A DNA stretch of 64,000 bases from Octopus vulgaris. Its lineage: Eukaryota. Made by a program: the position numbers and the translations under genes. Below are positions 41,865-55,123 of this stretch, in pieces. Every line of letters starts with the position of its first letter. Positions within the stretch are counted from its first letter, which is position 1. A model generated the notes under the pieces. That model was not told the origin of the DNA, did no database searches, and saw nothing but the letters and a program-made list of their open reading frames with translations. The DNA is taken from assembly GCA_951406725.2 (NCBI GenBank), contig OX597828.1, positions 26,846,001-26,910,000 of the forward strand, written 5' to 3'.

Positions 41865-42456
41865 TAGTAATGATAATAAAAGCAATAATAAAAACATGAA
41901 CCTACAAATGAAGAGTTAAATGCAATTGTGCAGTGATTTACGTTAAGTGCAATGGAGGAGAACGTCACTAATTCCACGTGCAATCTTCGCACAAAATAAA
42001 AGCTTCTGTAAATAACAGCTTAATTCAATAATAATAATCCTTTTGTTTTCGATTGCAACATATAGTGTGTGCACTTGGATGGCTCACCTCCTTGTTCATG
42101 AGATAGCTTCATATGCGGTCTCCATATGTGGAATGCATATCTAGAGTTGTGTGGGTGTAAGTTGGTATAAAGGTGTGTGTGTGTTTATATGTTGCCATAA
42201 GTATGGGTCTGCTTGGTCTCTTCTCTGTGTGTCTGTATTTGGTATCAAGTATTATTTTTATACTGAACATCTATCTGAATGCATATAAAATACACACACA
42301 CACACACAGAAGCACATACATATACACACACTCACACACATAGGTATTTAGATTATAAATTGTATAATAGACAAACAGACTTCTGCACATCTACATACAC
42401 ACAAGCAATTTTATGTATGTGATATTGTGATTTTATATATATATTTATATATATAT

Positions 42457-42499
<43 letters not shown>

Positions 42500-43023
42500 T
42501 ATATATATACATACACACACACACATACACATATATATATATATATATATACTCACGCACATGCACACTTCACTTATGTGTACAGTGAGTGTGCATATGA
42601 ATGAGAAGATACCTCTAAGTAAGTTTGTGTATCTATGTATCTATCTATTTACACACACACTCACACTCATGTACACACATATATACACTTTTTAGTATCA
42701 CTCATTTACAATCTTTATCTTTTCATTCTAGCTCTTTCTTAATATAGGTCTGTGTGTGTGTCCACATTTGTCTATATATGTATGCATTTGACTACGTATG
42801 TGTATATCTGTCTGTCTCTCTCTCTCTCTATGTATGTATATATATATATGTGGAGAGAGAGAGAGAGAGAGAGAGATAGTTATATATATACACACAAACT
42901 AGAGAAAACAAATGTTACACAGTACATATACACATAGCCACAGAAGCAAATTGTATCTAGGCATTCGTTATTGGAATGAACTATTATTTTTATTATCATC
43001 ATCGTTATTATTATTATTATTAT

Positions 43024-43056
<33 letters not shown>

Positions 43057-44499
43057 CAGCATCTTGATTCAGTGAAGTATTTCAAATAACTCATCTGAGC
43101 TTATTTCTGGTTCTGTTTGCTGTAAACAAGAAATTAAATTTATTCGTCAATCTCCGTGTAACCTATTCAATTAAGTGATTTAAGTGTCACTAAAGAGCTG
43201 CTTCTACTTGCACACGCATCCATATACTCCTCTCTGTCTGTCTGTCTCTCTTTCTCACACACACACACACACACACATACAACCACTTACACATACACAT
43301 GAATACATAGCTGAATCTATGTTACTTATTGGAACTGTATATTAGTATTGAATATGGCATTTAACGTGAAATCATTGTGTTTTATATAGAATTAAAGCAA
43401 GATATGTGATGTCTTGGTGTTTATGCCTTTCTCTAAAAATGCATTAACTGAACCAGGCTCTTCTTGTTCTACTTGTTGCTCTGGCCACAACATATGGATT
43501 TTTAATATTTTAGCTTTCAGATTATTTCATCAAATACAATGCTTAATTGCAAGGCGTGATTAATTCTTAATGTTTTAAATTAATCGTGCTTCGTCTCATA
43601 GCTTCACAAAAGAAAAAATATGATTGAAGTTGGTGATTGTTTATCTTTAGAATGACGTTGTAGGATAGGTGTGAGAGGCTGGATGATGAAAGAGAATATT
43701 TGAGCTGACGAGTAATTCCACGTGAGATTTTAACTGAAAGTGAGGCAGCGCAAGAAGAACATTGAAATATTTTGATGTTCGCCCTTTTCACTTTTCCCCT
43801 CAAATGAAGAAAAAACAAATGAATTTTTTTACTACTTGTCCTGAATTGGGCAACAAATTCATATTTAACAATTTTAGTCAGTGGTTTTTCAACAAGAGGT
43901 CAATATGGCTCTTGGTGATCCACAACACCCTTGGAGATTCATATAAGGTTTTGATGTTAAAATTTATATGTAATAAATTGGTTATATACTTCTACAGAAA
44001 ACATTTTATTAATTTTCTGTTTTTATACAAGTCCAAAATTTAATAATAGAAATATAACAGGATTTTTAAAACGTTAAATGGTTATGAGGGTCTGTTCGAG
44101 TAAAATAAGAACCAAAGGGGCCATCGGTAAAAAAAGGGTCAGGAGTCACTGTGTGGTTGCTTGGCTTGCTATAAATAGCAGCCTGTGATGATATGCTAAA
44201 TTGTGTAACATCTTGAAGTGGCAGTTCTTCCTTTGGATGACTGACATTCATCGGTCGGAGATGAAAGAACTGCATGCATGAATGAGTAACTGATGACTTT
44301 CCACATGAAATGAATTTTTAAAAGAACCACTTGCCCAGATTCTCTCCCTTTATAAGGTATATGGTTTAGGGTTCAGTCTCCCTACATGGCACCCTGTGCC
44401 AACCAATGGCTCATGAATAAACTTAGTCGACAGAAACTGTGTGGAAGCCCTTCATACACGTGGTGTCAAGGTTCAGAAGTTCCCCAACGTTGTGGTGAT

Positions 44500-44864
44500 C
44501 CCGTGGAGATCTCATTCTTGCTCACAACATCATAAGCAGAAAGTGTAACCTCTCGAAAGAGCTGTTCTTCACTCCTGCTCCAGAGCGTTGGCTGCGGGGT
44601 CATTCCGAAAAGCTCTATCTGCGACGATTTCATCTCAATCGAAGGAGAGGGGCTTTCTCCATCCGGGTTGCGGATCCGTGGTATAAGCTGCCGGACGAGA
44701 TGGTGAAGATGCCGATGACCGCTCGGTTCAAAGTCTCCCTTGACCACAAGTGGCCTGAACTCTTTACATGAACACCACCCTGTACATAACTCCATGTCCC
44801 CCTACATGGCCTTGCTTTTTGCTTTTTGAGCCAAAAAATTTAATTCAACTAACTAACTAACTAA
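44500..44864 (+). mobile_element. CR1-clade LINE 3' end with (AACT)n tail
   Basis: Plus frame 44502-44771 RGDLILAHNII..LRGHSEKLY..RRGAFSIRVADPWYKLP..FKVSLD is a CR1 ORF2 C-terminus. Confidence 0.9.
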
Positions 44865-45562
44865 ATTGTGGTCATGGCTTCAGTCCTGCTGCATGGCACC
44901 CTGGACAAGTGATTTCTACTATAGCCTTGGACCAACCAAAACCTTGTGGGTGGATTTGATTTGGTTGATGGAAATTTAAAGAAGTGTAGTCCAAGGATTG
45001 AACCCACTACTTTGTGATCATGAGTGCAACAACCTAACCATCAGGCCATGCACTTTCACATGTGTGTTCTACATTATATGAAATGTGGGGAATTCCAGAA
45101 AGCACCCCGCTATCAAATATGAATGTACTCAGGCTCTCTGTTTCAGGTCCACGTACACAGAGCTAAGTATATACTCAGTTTCTGCGCAAAAAGGGGTGAC
45201 ACTACCACCTAGCAGTTTAGGGGCCCTTAGCAGAGTCCACTCTGTTAAAAGTCTTCAAGGTTTAAGTCAGGTTCCTAATTTCAAGTTAGTGTTTTTCCCT
45301 TCCTCCTGCTAGTTCCAGGGGTGCCACAAAAGGTCAGAAACATTGTCATCTTTTCTGAGCAAAAAGAGAAATAATAATATCTTAGTCAGACTTTCTCATG
45401 TTTTTCACAATGGTGTGTTTTTCCATGTTTTTACAAGGGCCTGTAAAATTTAATTCCTCATTTAATTTAACCCTTTTGCATTCAGGTTCTCCTGTCAAAC
45501 GTAACTCTTTCACTTATTCACATTGTTTTCAATTAATCCTGCATTATCTTATAACTATCTCT

Positions 45563-45973
45563 CTCTTTTTTACTCTTTTACTTGTTTCAGTCATTTGACT
45601 GAGGCAATGCTGGAGCACCGCCTTTAGTCGAGCAAATCGACCCCGGGACTTATTCTTTGTAAGCCCAGTACTTATTCTATCAATCTCTTTTGCCGAACCG
45701 CTAAGTGACAGGGATGTAAACACACCAGCATCGGTTGTCAAGCAATGCTATATGGACAAACATATACATATATATATATATATACATATATACGACAGGC
45801 TTCTTTCAGTTTCCGTCTACCAAATCCACTCACAAGGCTTTGGTCGGCCTGGGGCTATAGCAGAAGACACTTGCCCAAGATGCCATGCAGTGGGACTGAA
45901 CCCGGAACCATGTGGTTGGTTAGCAAGCTACTTACCACACAGCCACACAACCACACAGCCACTCCTGCGCCTT
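45563..45973 (-). mobile_element. SINE family 1, young, with a short duplication in the head
   Basis: Full-length match; accacacagccac occurs twice at 45934-45962. Confidence 0.9.
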
Positions 45974-47191
45974 GAACATTTCAACAATGTAATCGTTTAT
46001 TTTTAGGCTGACATTGTCAAGCAGTTGTGATAAGTCAGATCAGGCAAGCTTCAACATAAAATTGGTCGAATATTTTGACTGGATGTGGCTGGTTTAAATG
46101 CTGAAGAGTTGTGATGTTGAGGTCAAGTCTTTTATCAGCAAGAAAACAAATAAAAGACATATTTGAGTCTGTCTTGTGGGGTGGCCTAGAATGATGAAGT
46201 CTTCTTGCTGTTTGGTACTTATTTACAACCAACCAATCGCTGTTCTTGTTATTGCCATCAAGAACTAAGAAAAAAGAAAAACACAAAGAAACCAAATATA
46301 GAACAATGGCAAAAATTATTGAGAGAAACTTTTTCATTCATAGAATTTAACCAATCAGATCAATAGGTTTGTCAGTTTTTTTTTTTGTTTTTTTTTTTAG
46401 TTTTTATTTCTTTTTCCTTTCCTGCAGACTCTACAGGGATTTCTCTAAGGTGACCAATTTATAGTTTCTTTGCTGTGTTTTTTTTTTTTTTTAGTTTTTA
46501 TCTTCAAGAAACAACAAAAACTGAAATTGAGTGGCAAAAAAAAATGGCAAAAACAATACTTAAAAAAAAAAGAAACAACCAAAAAATTAAAGATCTTTTC
46601 CATTGGAATGGTCACATACTCACATGTGTATGTACATGTATGTATATATGTATGTATGCATATATGTATGTGTGTATATATGTACACATGCACACATGAA
46701 ATTACAATTGCTCACACATTCATATGTACATATACACATCCCTATATATATACATACATACATATACACATATATGTGTATATATAAAATATGATTTTTT
46801 TGAAAATCATTAACTAATGGCTCCAAGACAACATAGCAGTCTTCTTTTTTTTTGTTTTCTTTTCGTGTTGTTCTAATGTTGTTTTCCAATGTCTGTTGAT
46901 GTTCTTTAATTTAAAATGGTCCTCCCCTCTTCTTTGTGCTTCTGTCTATATTCTTTTCTCCCTAACTAGTGTTTCCATTTTTTTTTTTGTTTTGGGTATT
47001 ATCATTTTTGTTAAATTTTTAGTTGAAGGGAACATAGCACATAACAGCTTCAGCAACAACTACAAGAATACAACAATAACAACAACAGACATGAAATAAA
47101 AGTATACTTGCCTCACTACAAAGAAGGCATTAAACTTTACCCTCCAGTGTGTTTCTATGTATGTGTTTGTGCATATGTAAATATGTTTGTG

Positions 47192-47222
<31 letters not shown>

Positions 47223-47886
47223 ATATTGTATGTATGTGTGTATGTATATTGTTGTGAAGTTACTGGAGCTCCCACAAGCTGTTGAAGGAATAGGTGGATT
47301 ATTTCATGCATTTTTTTTTTGTCATATTTATTTCAAGTTTGGGAAACATCTGGTGTGTGACTGTGTGTATGTTTGTGTGTGTCAGTATGTGTATGTATGT
47401 ATATATATATATATATATGTATGTTAGTGTGTGTTTGAGCAATGTGTATATATTATGTGTGTGTTTGAATGTGTTTGCTGTTGTCTTTTTTTGTATGTTT
47501 ATGATGATGATGATGATGATGATGATATATATGTACTTATTGCCTGTTTTTACAAGGATGTTTGTTTGATTGTGTTTATACAAGAGAATACACACACCCA
47601 CACACACTAAAACAAAGCAAAAAGTTCTTCCTGACACCTCTTCCTCCTCTGTTACTAACCACCACCACTGCTGCTGCCTCCACCAAATCTTCAAACACTG
47701 CAAACCAAAAACACAAAGCACACAGCCAACCACACCTTGTTTAGTAAACAGTTGAAGGCTTAAAACATGACAAACTTAAAAGAAGACAAACAAAAAAATA
47801 AAGAAGAAATGTGAGCATCTGTACTTAAAGAGACTTGTTTCAGGGCTCATTTCTGTGCTTCTGGGTCGTCTTGAAGCTGCTCTTAC

Positions 47887-47958
47887 CTAAGTGGAAGTTA
47901 TCTGCTACCCCTATCTCTGTGCTGTCAACCTCCATGTGTTTGTGGTGGCGTAGCAAAT
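47887..47958 (-). other. Candidate exon (72 nt; MEVDSTEIGVADNFHL from the ATG at 47935)
   Basis: Strong donor TAG|gtaaga, weak acceptor tttatag, non-repetitive island; no recognisable homology. Confidence 0.2.
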
Positions 47959-49271
47959 CTATAAATTTTAAGCTCGAAGCTTTTGAACTTGTGTTTCATG
48001 CGGAAGAAAAAGTAAAGAAGACATGACATTGGAATCTTGATTCCCTGCAGTGGTTATCTGTATTTTGAGATGGAGAATTCTCATTTCTGCGAGCAAGACA
48101 TTTTATGGAGAGTTTTCAGGAATGGTCTTGAACTGTAACACTGCTTTTAATTTGTTTCTTCTTCTTCTCTCTCTCTTTTTTTTTTTTTTGTTTGGGTGTG
48201 TGCAAGTGTATTTTTGGAAAATTTTGTGGAGATTCTTCTGTTTGTAAATCGAAATAAATAAATAATGAAATAAAATAAACAAATAAAATTAAGGGGTCTT
48301 TTGAGAGATGGGGGTGGGGTGAGAACTAGAAGAGTAGGAGTGGGGAAAGGAAAGAGAAACCAAGGGTTGTCTGGAAAATCTTTCCAGACATCCCAGTATA
48401 AAGGCTTTTTTTTTTTGTTTTTCTCTAGGCATTTTAGATGTTTCAGTGAAATCTTGATGAGTTAAATTTAACTTTAACAACTCCTTTACATAATGTTATT
48501 TGTCCTTTTGCTGAACCGTGAACTTGTGGGGACATAAACAAACCAACTGCTGTTGTCAAGCAGTGGGGGATGGACAATCACAAACACAGAGAGAGACACA
48601 CACCCACATACAAGTTGTCTGCAATGGTTTGGGAAACGGTGATGAGTGATAATTCTGTAGATGATAATAATATTTCAGAAGCTTAAAACTTGTAAACTAT
48701 TATTATTATGTATGGAGTATATATATATATCAAAAGGATGTGTTATAATACTATTCCACAGCCATACCAACAATCCAACATACCTCCATCATCAGCTGAC
48801 CCACAGATATATCATTGTGGTTTCGACACCTGCGCAGTACCACTCACTCTGGCAGTGTCAACAGCACTAAAATAAGTGTTGTTTGGGAACAGACATACCA
48901 AAGAAATCACAACTTTCGAACACATTTACCCTATGTACAATCTTATCAATAAATAAATTCCATAAGTAAATTACATCCACTCCTAAATATGTAACTAAAC
49001 TGCGACAACTCTATTAAGCCATACAAAAAAATACATATGATACGCATTGAGCTTCCACACAATTCCTGTCCACCAAATTCACTCACAATGCATTGGTCAG
49101 CCAAGGGTTATAATGGAAAATACTTGGTCAAAGTGACACAAGTTACTGGATGTATTATATTTCCTTAAAAGTATACATCTATGAAGAGAGTTTCTTAAAA
49201 GTCAATTTGTTTAAGCTTTTATAGACATTTATACGGAAGAATATTTTTATATATATATATATATATATATA

Positions 49272-49675
49272 CAGGTGCAGGAGTGGCTGTGTGGTAAGTA
49301 GCTTGCTTACCAACCACATGGTTCCGGGTTCAGTCCCACTGCGTGGCACCTTGGGCAAGTGTCTTCTATTATAGCCTCGGGCCGACCAAAGCCTTGTGAG
49401 TAGATTTGGTTGACGGAAACTGAAAGAAGCCCGTCGTATATATGTATATATATGTGTGTGTTTGTGTGTCTGTGTTTGTCCCCCTAGCATTGCTTGACAA
49501 CCGATGCTGGTGTGTTTATGTCCCTGTCACTTAGCGGTTCGGCAAAAGAGACCGATAGAATAAGTACTGGGCTTACAAAAGAATAAGTGCCGGGGTCGAG
49601 TTGCTCGATTAAAAAAAAAAAAAAATGCGGTGCTCCAGCATGGCCACAGTCAAATGACTGAAACAAGTAAAAGAA
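49272..49675 (+). mobile_element. SINE family 1, young
   Basis: Full-length match, flanked by (TA)n on both sides. Confidence 0.9.
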
Positions 49676-49723
49676 TATATATATATATATATATACTAGA
49701 AAGAGTATAACTATGTCCATGTT

Positions 49724-49880
49724 TAGTGTTTAATTGAAGCTGAAAATCGACACAGTGTTACTCTGAGTTTCACTTCTTGATGATCAGTAATGAGAATTGT
49801 TTTCTGTTTCAATTAAACACTACATCATGATCTACCTTGGGTATTTGAGTATTATTTTCTCCACCTTGTTTTGTACCTTT
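49724..49880 (+). mobile_element. Older copy of the 7749 fold-back family
   Basis: tagtgtttaattgaagctgaaaa ... ttttctgtttcaattaaacacta inverted arms around gttactctgagtttca, followed by the same tail. Confidence 0.6.
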
Positions 49881-50139
49881 TCTGTTTGCATGTTTCTGTG
49901 TGCAAATCTCTCTCTCTCTCTCATGTATATAATACACACACTGATACAGTGGCCTATTACTCAGGTGGTTTCATGATGCACGGCTGCTCCTTCAGACCAG
50001 GTTAACTTGTCTGAAGAAACGGCAGCATACTGTGGAAACTAGAGAGTAACAGACCCATGGAACCAGCTTAAAGTGTGGCACTCTGCATTTGTATTGAGCA
50101 CTCCTCCAGATTGTTACCCAACAATGTTTGTACACGTGC

Positions 50140-50536
50140 ATAATATATAATATATATATATATGTATATATATATATATGCATATGTATTTGTATATATG
50201 CATATGCATATATATATATATGCATATGTATTTGTATATATATATATATATGCATATGCATATGTATTTGTATATATGCATATGCATATATATATATGCA
50301 TATGTATTTGTATATATGCATATGTATATGCATATGTATTTGTATATATGCATATGTATATGCATATGTATTTGTTTATATGCATATGCATATGTATATA
50401 TATATGCATATGTATATATATATATATGCATATGTATATGTATATATGCTTATGCATATGTATATATATATATATGCATATGTATATGTATATATGCTTA
50501 TGCATATGTATATGTATATATATATATATGCATATG

Positions 50537-50585
<49 letters not shown>
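50140..50585. repeat. (TA)n/gcatat compound minisatellite
   Basis: Directly visible. Confidence 0.9.
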
Positions 50586-50589
<4 letters not shown>

Positions 50590-50637
50590 GAAATAGAAAT
50601 TGAGAATTCATTGTAGTGTAGTATTATATATTTGAAC

Positions 50638-50862
50638 AGGCGGCAAACTGGCAAAATCGTTAGCCCACCAGGCGAAATGCTTAGCGCTATTTTGTGTGTC
50701 TTTATGTTCTGAGTTCAAATTCTGCCAAGGTCGACTTTGCCTTTCATCTTTTTGGGGTCAATAAATTAAGCACCAGTTGCATACTGGGGTCGACCTAATC
50801 GACTGGCTCCTTCCCTCCCCCAAAATTTTCAGGTCTTGTGCCTAGAGTAGAAAAGAGTATTA
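50638..50862 (+). mobile_element. SINE family 2
   Basis: Full-length match. Confidence 0.85.
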
Positions 50863-51291
50863 TATATTTGAAAAAAAAAAATGTTTGAAGTGGATTTTTG
50901 CCTGTAATTTTTTGTTCCATTTAATGAGTTGATGTTTACAGATTGTTAGATATTTACAAATCATATCAGGATTGCTTTTCTTCCAGTGATCAGAGTTTTT
51001 TCGGGTTTTTTCGTATAAAAATGGTCTCTAATTTGAGGTCAAGTTTCTTGCGTAACAGCAATTTTCAAACTGTTCGTTTTCCTTTTTCCTCATTTTGGTA
51101 TCGCAGTTCTTATAAATAGATATAGTTTCTGTTTGGGCGTTCGTGGCCATCATCATCATTTAATGTTTCTTTTCCATGTTTGCATGGGTTGGATGATTTG
51201 ACAGGAGCTGGCAAGGCCAGGAACCACACCAAACTCCATAGTCTGTTTTAGTATAGCTTCTACAGCTGAAAGTCATTCCTAACACCAACAG

Positions 51292-51570
51292 CAGAGCGTC
51301 AGCTGCGGGGTCATTCCGAAAAGCTCTACCTGCGACGATTTCATCTCAATCGAAGGAGAGGAGCTTTCTCCGTCCGGGTTGCGGATCCGTGGAACGAGCT
51401 GCCAGATGAGATGGTGAAGATGCCGATGACCGCTTTGTTCAAAGTCTCCCTTGACCTCAAGTGGCCTGAACTCTTTACATGAACACCACCCTGTACATAA
51501 CTCCATGTCCCCCTACATGGTCTTGCTTTTTGCTTTTGAGCCAAAAAATTAACTAACTAACTAACCAACT
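51292..51570 (+). mobile_element. Second CR1 3' fragment, inserted in an RTE-tail repeat
   Basis: Closely similar to 44581-44864; the host repeat continues on both sides (51148-51290 and 51571-51612). Confidence 0.9.
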
Positions 51571-52091
51571 ACTTTATAATGTGGACTGGGTGCTTTTTAC
51601 ATGGCACCAGCACCCTTCATACAGAGAGTGAACGAGAGAGAGAGAGAGAGGTACATAAAAACACACAGACAACATAAGTAAGATTTATGGGGCCAAAAGG
51701 AAGGCAAACAAGCAACTGATACAGTTAGACTAGGGGATAATGTGTTCGTGTGTGTGTGTGTTTCAGATCACATAGTATCAGCTGAGGAAGGGACATGAGC
51801 ACAAGAACGACTTTGTGGTTAATAAGTTTGCTCAATTTATTGCCAACATTCAAATTATTTTTTGTTTGAAATTCATAACCATATGGCTTCAGGTTCAATC
51901 CTAGTCTGCGGCATCTTTATCAGAATCATCCAATGAGGATGCCTCTATGTGGTCATCTGATCTAATAGAAATAACAGGCTATTCTCACTTGAGTGACACT
52001 GTTCTATCTTCACAAAGGGTACAATGGATAATTTGGTCGTAATTTCCCTGTACATGGGATGGTCATGGCTGGAATGATTTTGTTCATATGT

Positions 52092-52230
52092 TTTTTCATT
52101 AGCTCATTGTTATAACTACTGTTGTTTACATCTGATGAAGAAGACATTCATCATTTAAACGGACGCTAAATGATGATGATGATGATGATGTCTTCTTCAT
52201 CAGTAGTTATAACAATGAGCTAATGAAAAA
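52092..52230. repeat. Inverted repeat, arms about 50 bp, with a 13-nt insert in the left arm
   Basis: tttttcattagctcattgttataactactg / cagtagttataacaatgagctaatgaaaaa plus atgaagaagacat / atgtcttcttcat. Confidence 0.9.
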
Positions 52231-52775
52231 GCTAGAAACAACAACCAAATCACTCTCCCTCAAACCATTCACCACCATCATAAAATGAAAGACAACCCAA
52301 TCACAGAGAACTGCTTTGGATTTTGTAGTTCTGGATTCAGTGTGTCTGACAGGATGGTCACGGCAGGTCTAAAATGCTTCTGTGTTTTTTTGGTCAGGTT
52401 CTCCTGTGGCAAGCTAAACAACCACCACTGCAACAATAACTGCTACAACCAGTGGTTTGACTAATGGTATGGACAAATGAATGGACCTGGTCATGGGGTG
52501 GGGTGGGGGATACTTCTCTTTCTTTCTCTCTCTCTCTCTCTAGCTCTGTCTCTTTTCCTCCATCTCCTGACTCATTCTGTTTACTTCTATATTTCTTAGG
52601 TAAAAATCTTCTTTTGCACAGACAAACACGTGTTCTTAGGTTATGTGTGCTTATTCAAGATAACATCTAATGTAACAGATGGCTTTGGGTGGAGCATTGA
52701 GAAGCGAAGCTAAGTTATGAAGCTTACATATCAACACATGACGCGCACAATATCACCGACAAAGAGACACATTTC

Positions 52776-52839
<64 letters not shown>

Positions 52840-53463
52840 GGAGAGATAGGAGGAGGGGGCTAACAAACAAATAAAGACATGTAGCACTCAATATGTTCGT
52901 TAGTGTTACATGTATTCAACAAAAGTTTGACTCAGCTCATATGTGTGTGCATATACACACACATACACTCATTTCATGTCATCTTGGATAAATATCATTC
53001 AGGGTAAATGCAATTTTCGATATCCTTGTATCAACCTCTGTCTTGTGGTTGAAATTGGGAAAAGGGAAACTGTAGAGAAGCCTGTGGGGTGAATTTTATT
53101 TCAAAAGGTACAGCCTTTGTGTCACACTATATTTTATTGATTCTGCCTTGGAATTATAATAAAGGTACACCTGTCTGTGGAATACTCAGCCACTCACAGG
53201 TTCATTTAGGAGCAGGTAATTCAGGTAATTGAACACCTGAATCTTTATTGTGAAATGACAAAGCCCCATTGTAGGTAAGTAGATAAGTTGGTAGGTAGAT
53301 ATACTGATAGACAGATGAATAGAGGCATATGTGAATAGGTAGGTAGATAGGTAAATAAATAGATAGATATGTAAGATAGATAGACAGACAGGTAAATAGA
53401 CAGAGAGGTAAATAGACAGACAGACAGGTAAATAGACAGACAGGTAAATAGACAGATAGGTAA

Positions 53464-53495
<32 letters not shown>

Positions 53496-53884
53496 CTATA
53501 TAGTTAGATAGATATGAAGATGGAAAGATAAATAGTTATACAGTTACATAGGTATAAGGATAAGATGCTTGATAGATACGTAGATAGGAAACTGGGAAGA
53601 TAATAGGTAGAGATGGTTGATGGAGTTTAGTTATGGCATTAAAAAAGCTAAGCTATTGAACATGTATGCATATTAATTCTTACATTTATGTACTAAAAAT
53701 TAATTTATGCTGTATAGGCACCTGTATTTAAATATTCTCTAAAACACATTTGTGCTTATAAGTTGTACTGAAGACATACAAGATTTCATAGGCTTTAAAA
53801 CACCTTCAATTTTCTTCCCATGTTTTATGTTTTGAAAACATAGATGTGACATACATATATGTGTAGGGTGTGGTAAATAAATTG

Positions 53885-54173
53885 TTGTGAGTGGATTTGG
53901 TAGACGGAAACTGAAAGAAGCCTGTCGTATATATGTATATACGTGCTTGTATGTTTGTGTGTCTGTGTTTGTCCCCCTAGCATTGCTTGACAACCGATGC
54001 TGGTGTGTTTACATCCCCGTCACTTAGCGGTTCGGCAAAAAGAGACCGATATAATAAGTACTGGGCTTACAAAAAGAATAAGTCCCGGGGTCGAGTTGCT
54101 TGACTAAAGGCGGTGCTTCAGCATGGCCGCAGTCAAATGACTGAAACAAATAAAAGAGTAAAAGAGAGAGAGT
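53885..54173 (+). mobile_element. SINE family 1, 5'-truncated
   Basis: Starts at ttgtgagtggatttgg and ends in the gtaaaaga tail. Confidence 0.9.
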
Positions 54174-54179
54174 ATAAAT

Positions 54180-54378
54180 TACACAAAAATGAAAATATCA
54201 GACATCTTCTTTTAACAGATATATTTACCAAAATATCTTGAAATACTAAAGAGTAAAGCTTTTTAATAAAATTGTCATTGGCTTCAACCACTGCCTCCAG
54301 ACAACTTTGGAATTTCCTGCAACTCTTCTGGACAGTCTCCTTGTTTGAGTTCATGAATGCTGCCATAATCCTTGCCTT
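54180..54378 (-). pseudogene. Tc1/mariner superfamily (maT-like) transposase C-terminal fragment
   Basis: KETVQKSCRKFQSCLEAVVEANDNFIK resembles the AC..F..RLEAVVEA.G..IE terminus of these transposases. Confidence 0.6.
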
Positions 54379-54404
54379 CAGTTCAACTTTGGTGTTATAA
54401 GGAG

Positions 54405-54700
54405 TTTTGTTAGGGTTTCATCAAGTACGATCTCATTAATTGAAGAATAATAATTATCTATATCTATTTGAATGAATTTATATTTATTTTTATCTTTAGT
54501 ATTATGAAACCATTTTACAGTATCATTAGTACTGTTCCAAAGTTTAAGGTAAATTAAATTCATTTAATCTATTAATGTATTTATCTAGAATAATTTTACT
54601 TAATTTACCTAAATCTGATTTACGTGGACAAATTAATCTTACCTTCGGGTCAGAGTAAAAATTTTCCTTATGGTCTTTCAAAGTTATTCTAGGGTGCATA
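54405..54700 (-). pseudogene. Penelope-like element reverse transcriptase fragment, frameshifted
   Basis: Translates ITLKDHKENFYSDPKVRLICPRKSDLGKLSKIILD / LWNSTNDTVKWF..KFIQIDIDNYYSSI, matching the LKDHK..RLINP.KS.LGK.SK and F.QFDI..FYPSI motifs of PLE RTs. Confidence 0.8.
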
Positions 54701-54784
54701 GCTACATAAGGTTCAGTTTTATTATTGTTATCATTATTATTATTATTATTTATATTGAAGTGATTTTACTATTTACTATTATAT

Positions 54785-54960
54785 TTGACAACCGATGCTG
54801 GTGTGTTTATGTCCCCGTTACTTAGCAGTTCGGCAAAAGAGACCGATAGAATAAGTACTGGGCTTACAAAAGAATAAGTCCCGGGGTCGAGTTGCTCGAT
54901 TAAAGGCGGTGCTCCAGCATGGCCGCAGTCAAATGACTGAAACAAGTAAAAGAGTAAAGA

Positions 54961-54962
<2 letters not shown>
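54785..54962 (+). mobile_element. SINE family 1, 3' half
   Basis: Matches the 3' half of family 1. Confidence 0.9.
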
Positions 54963-55058
<96 letters not shown>

Positions 55059-55065
55059 GTATGTG

Positions 55066-55122
<57 letters not shown>

Positions 55123-55123
<1 letters not shown>

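Noticed and set aside
44466-44795. Minus-strand ORF repeated at 51279-51506
   Set aside because: Antisense shadow of the plus-strand CR1 ORF2 end.
52132-52146. CTGATGAAG hammerhead word (also near 33489)
   Set aside because: No stem II followed by GAAA.
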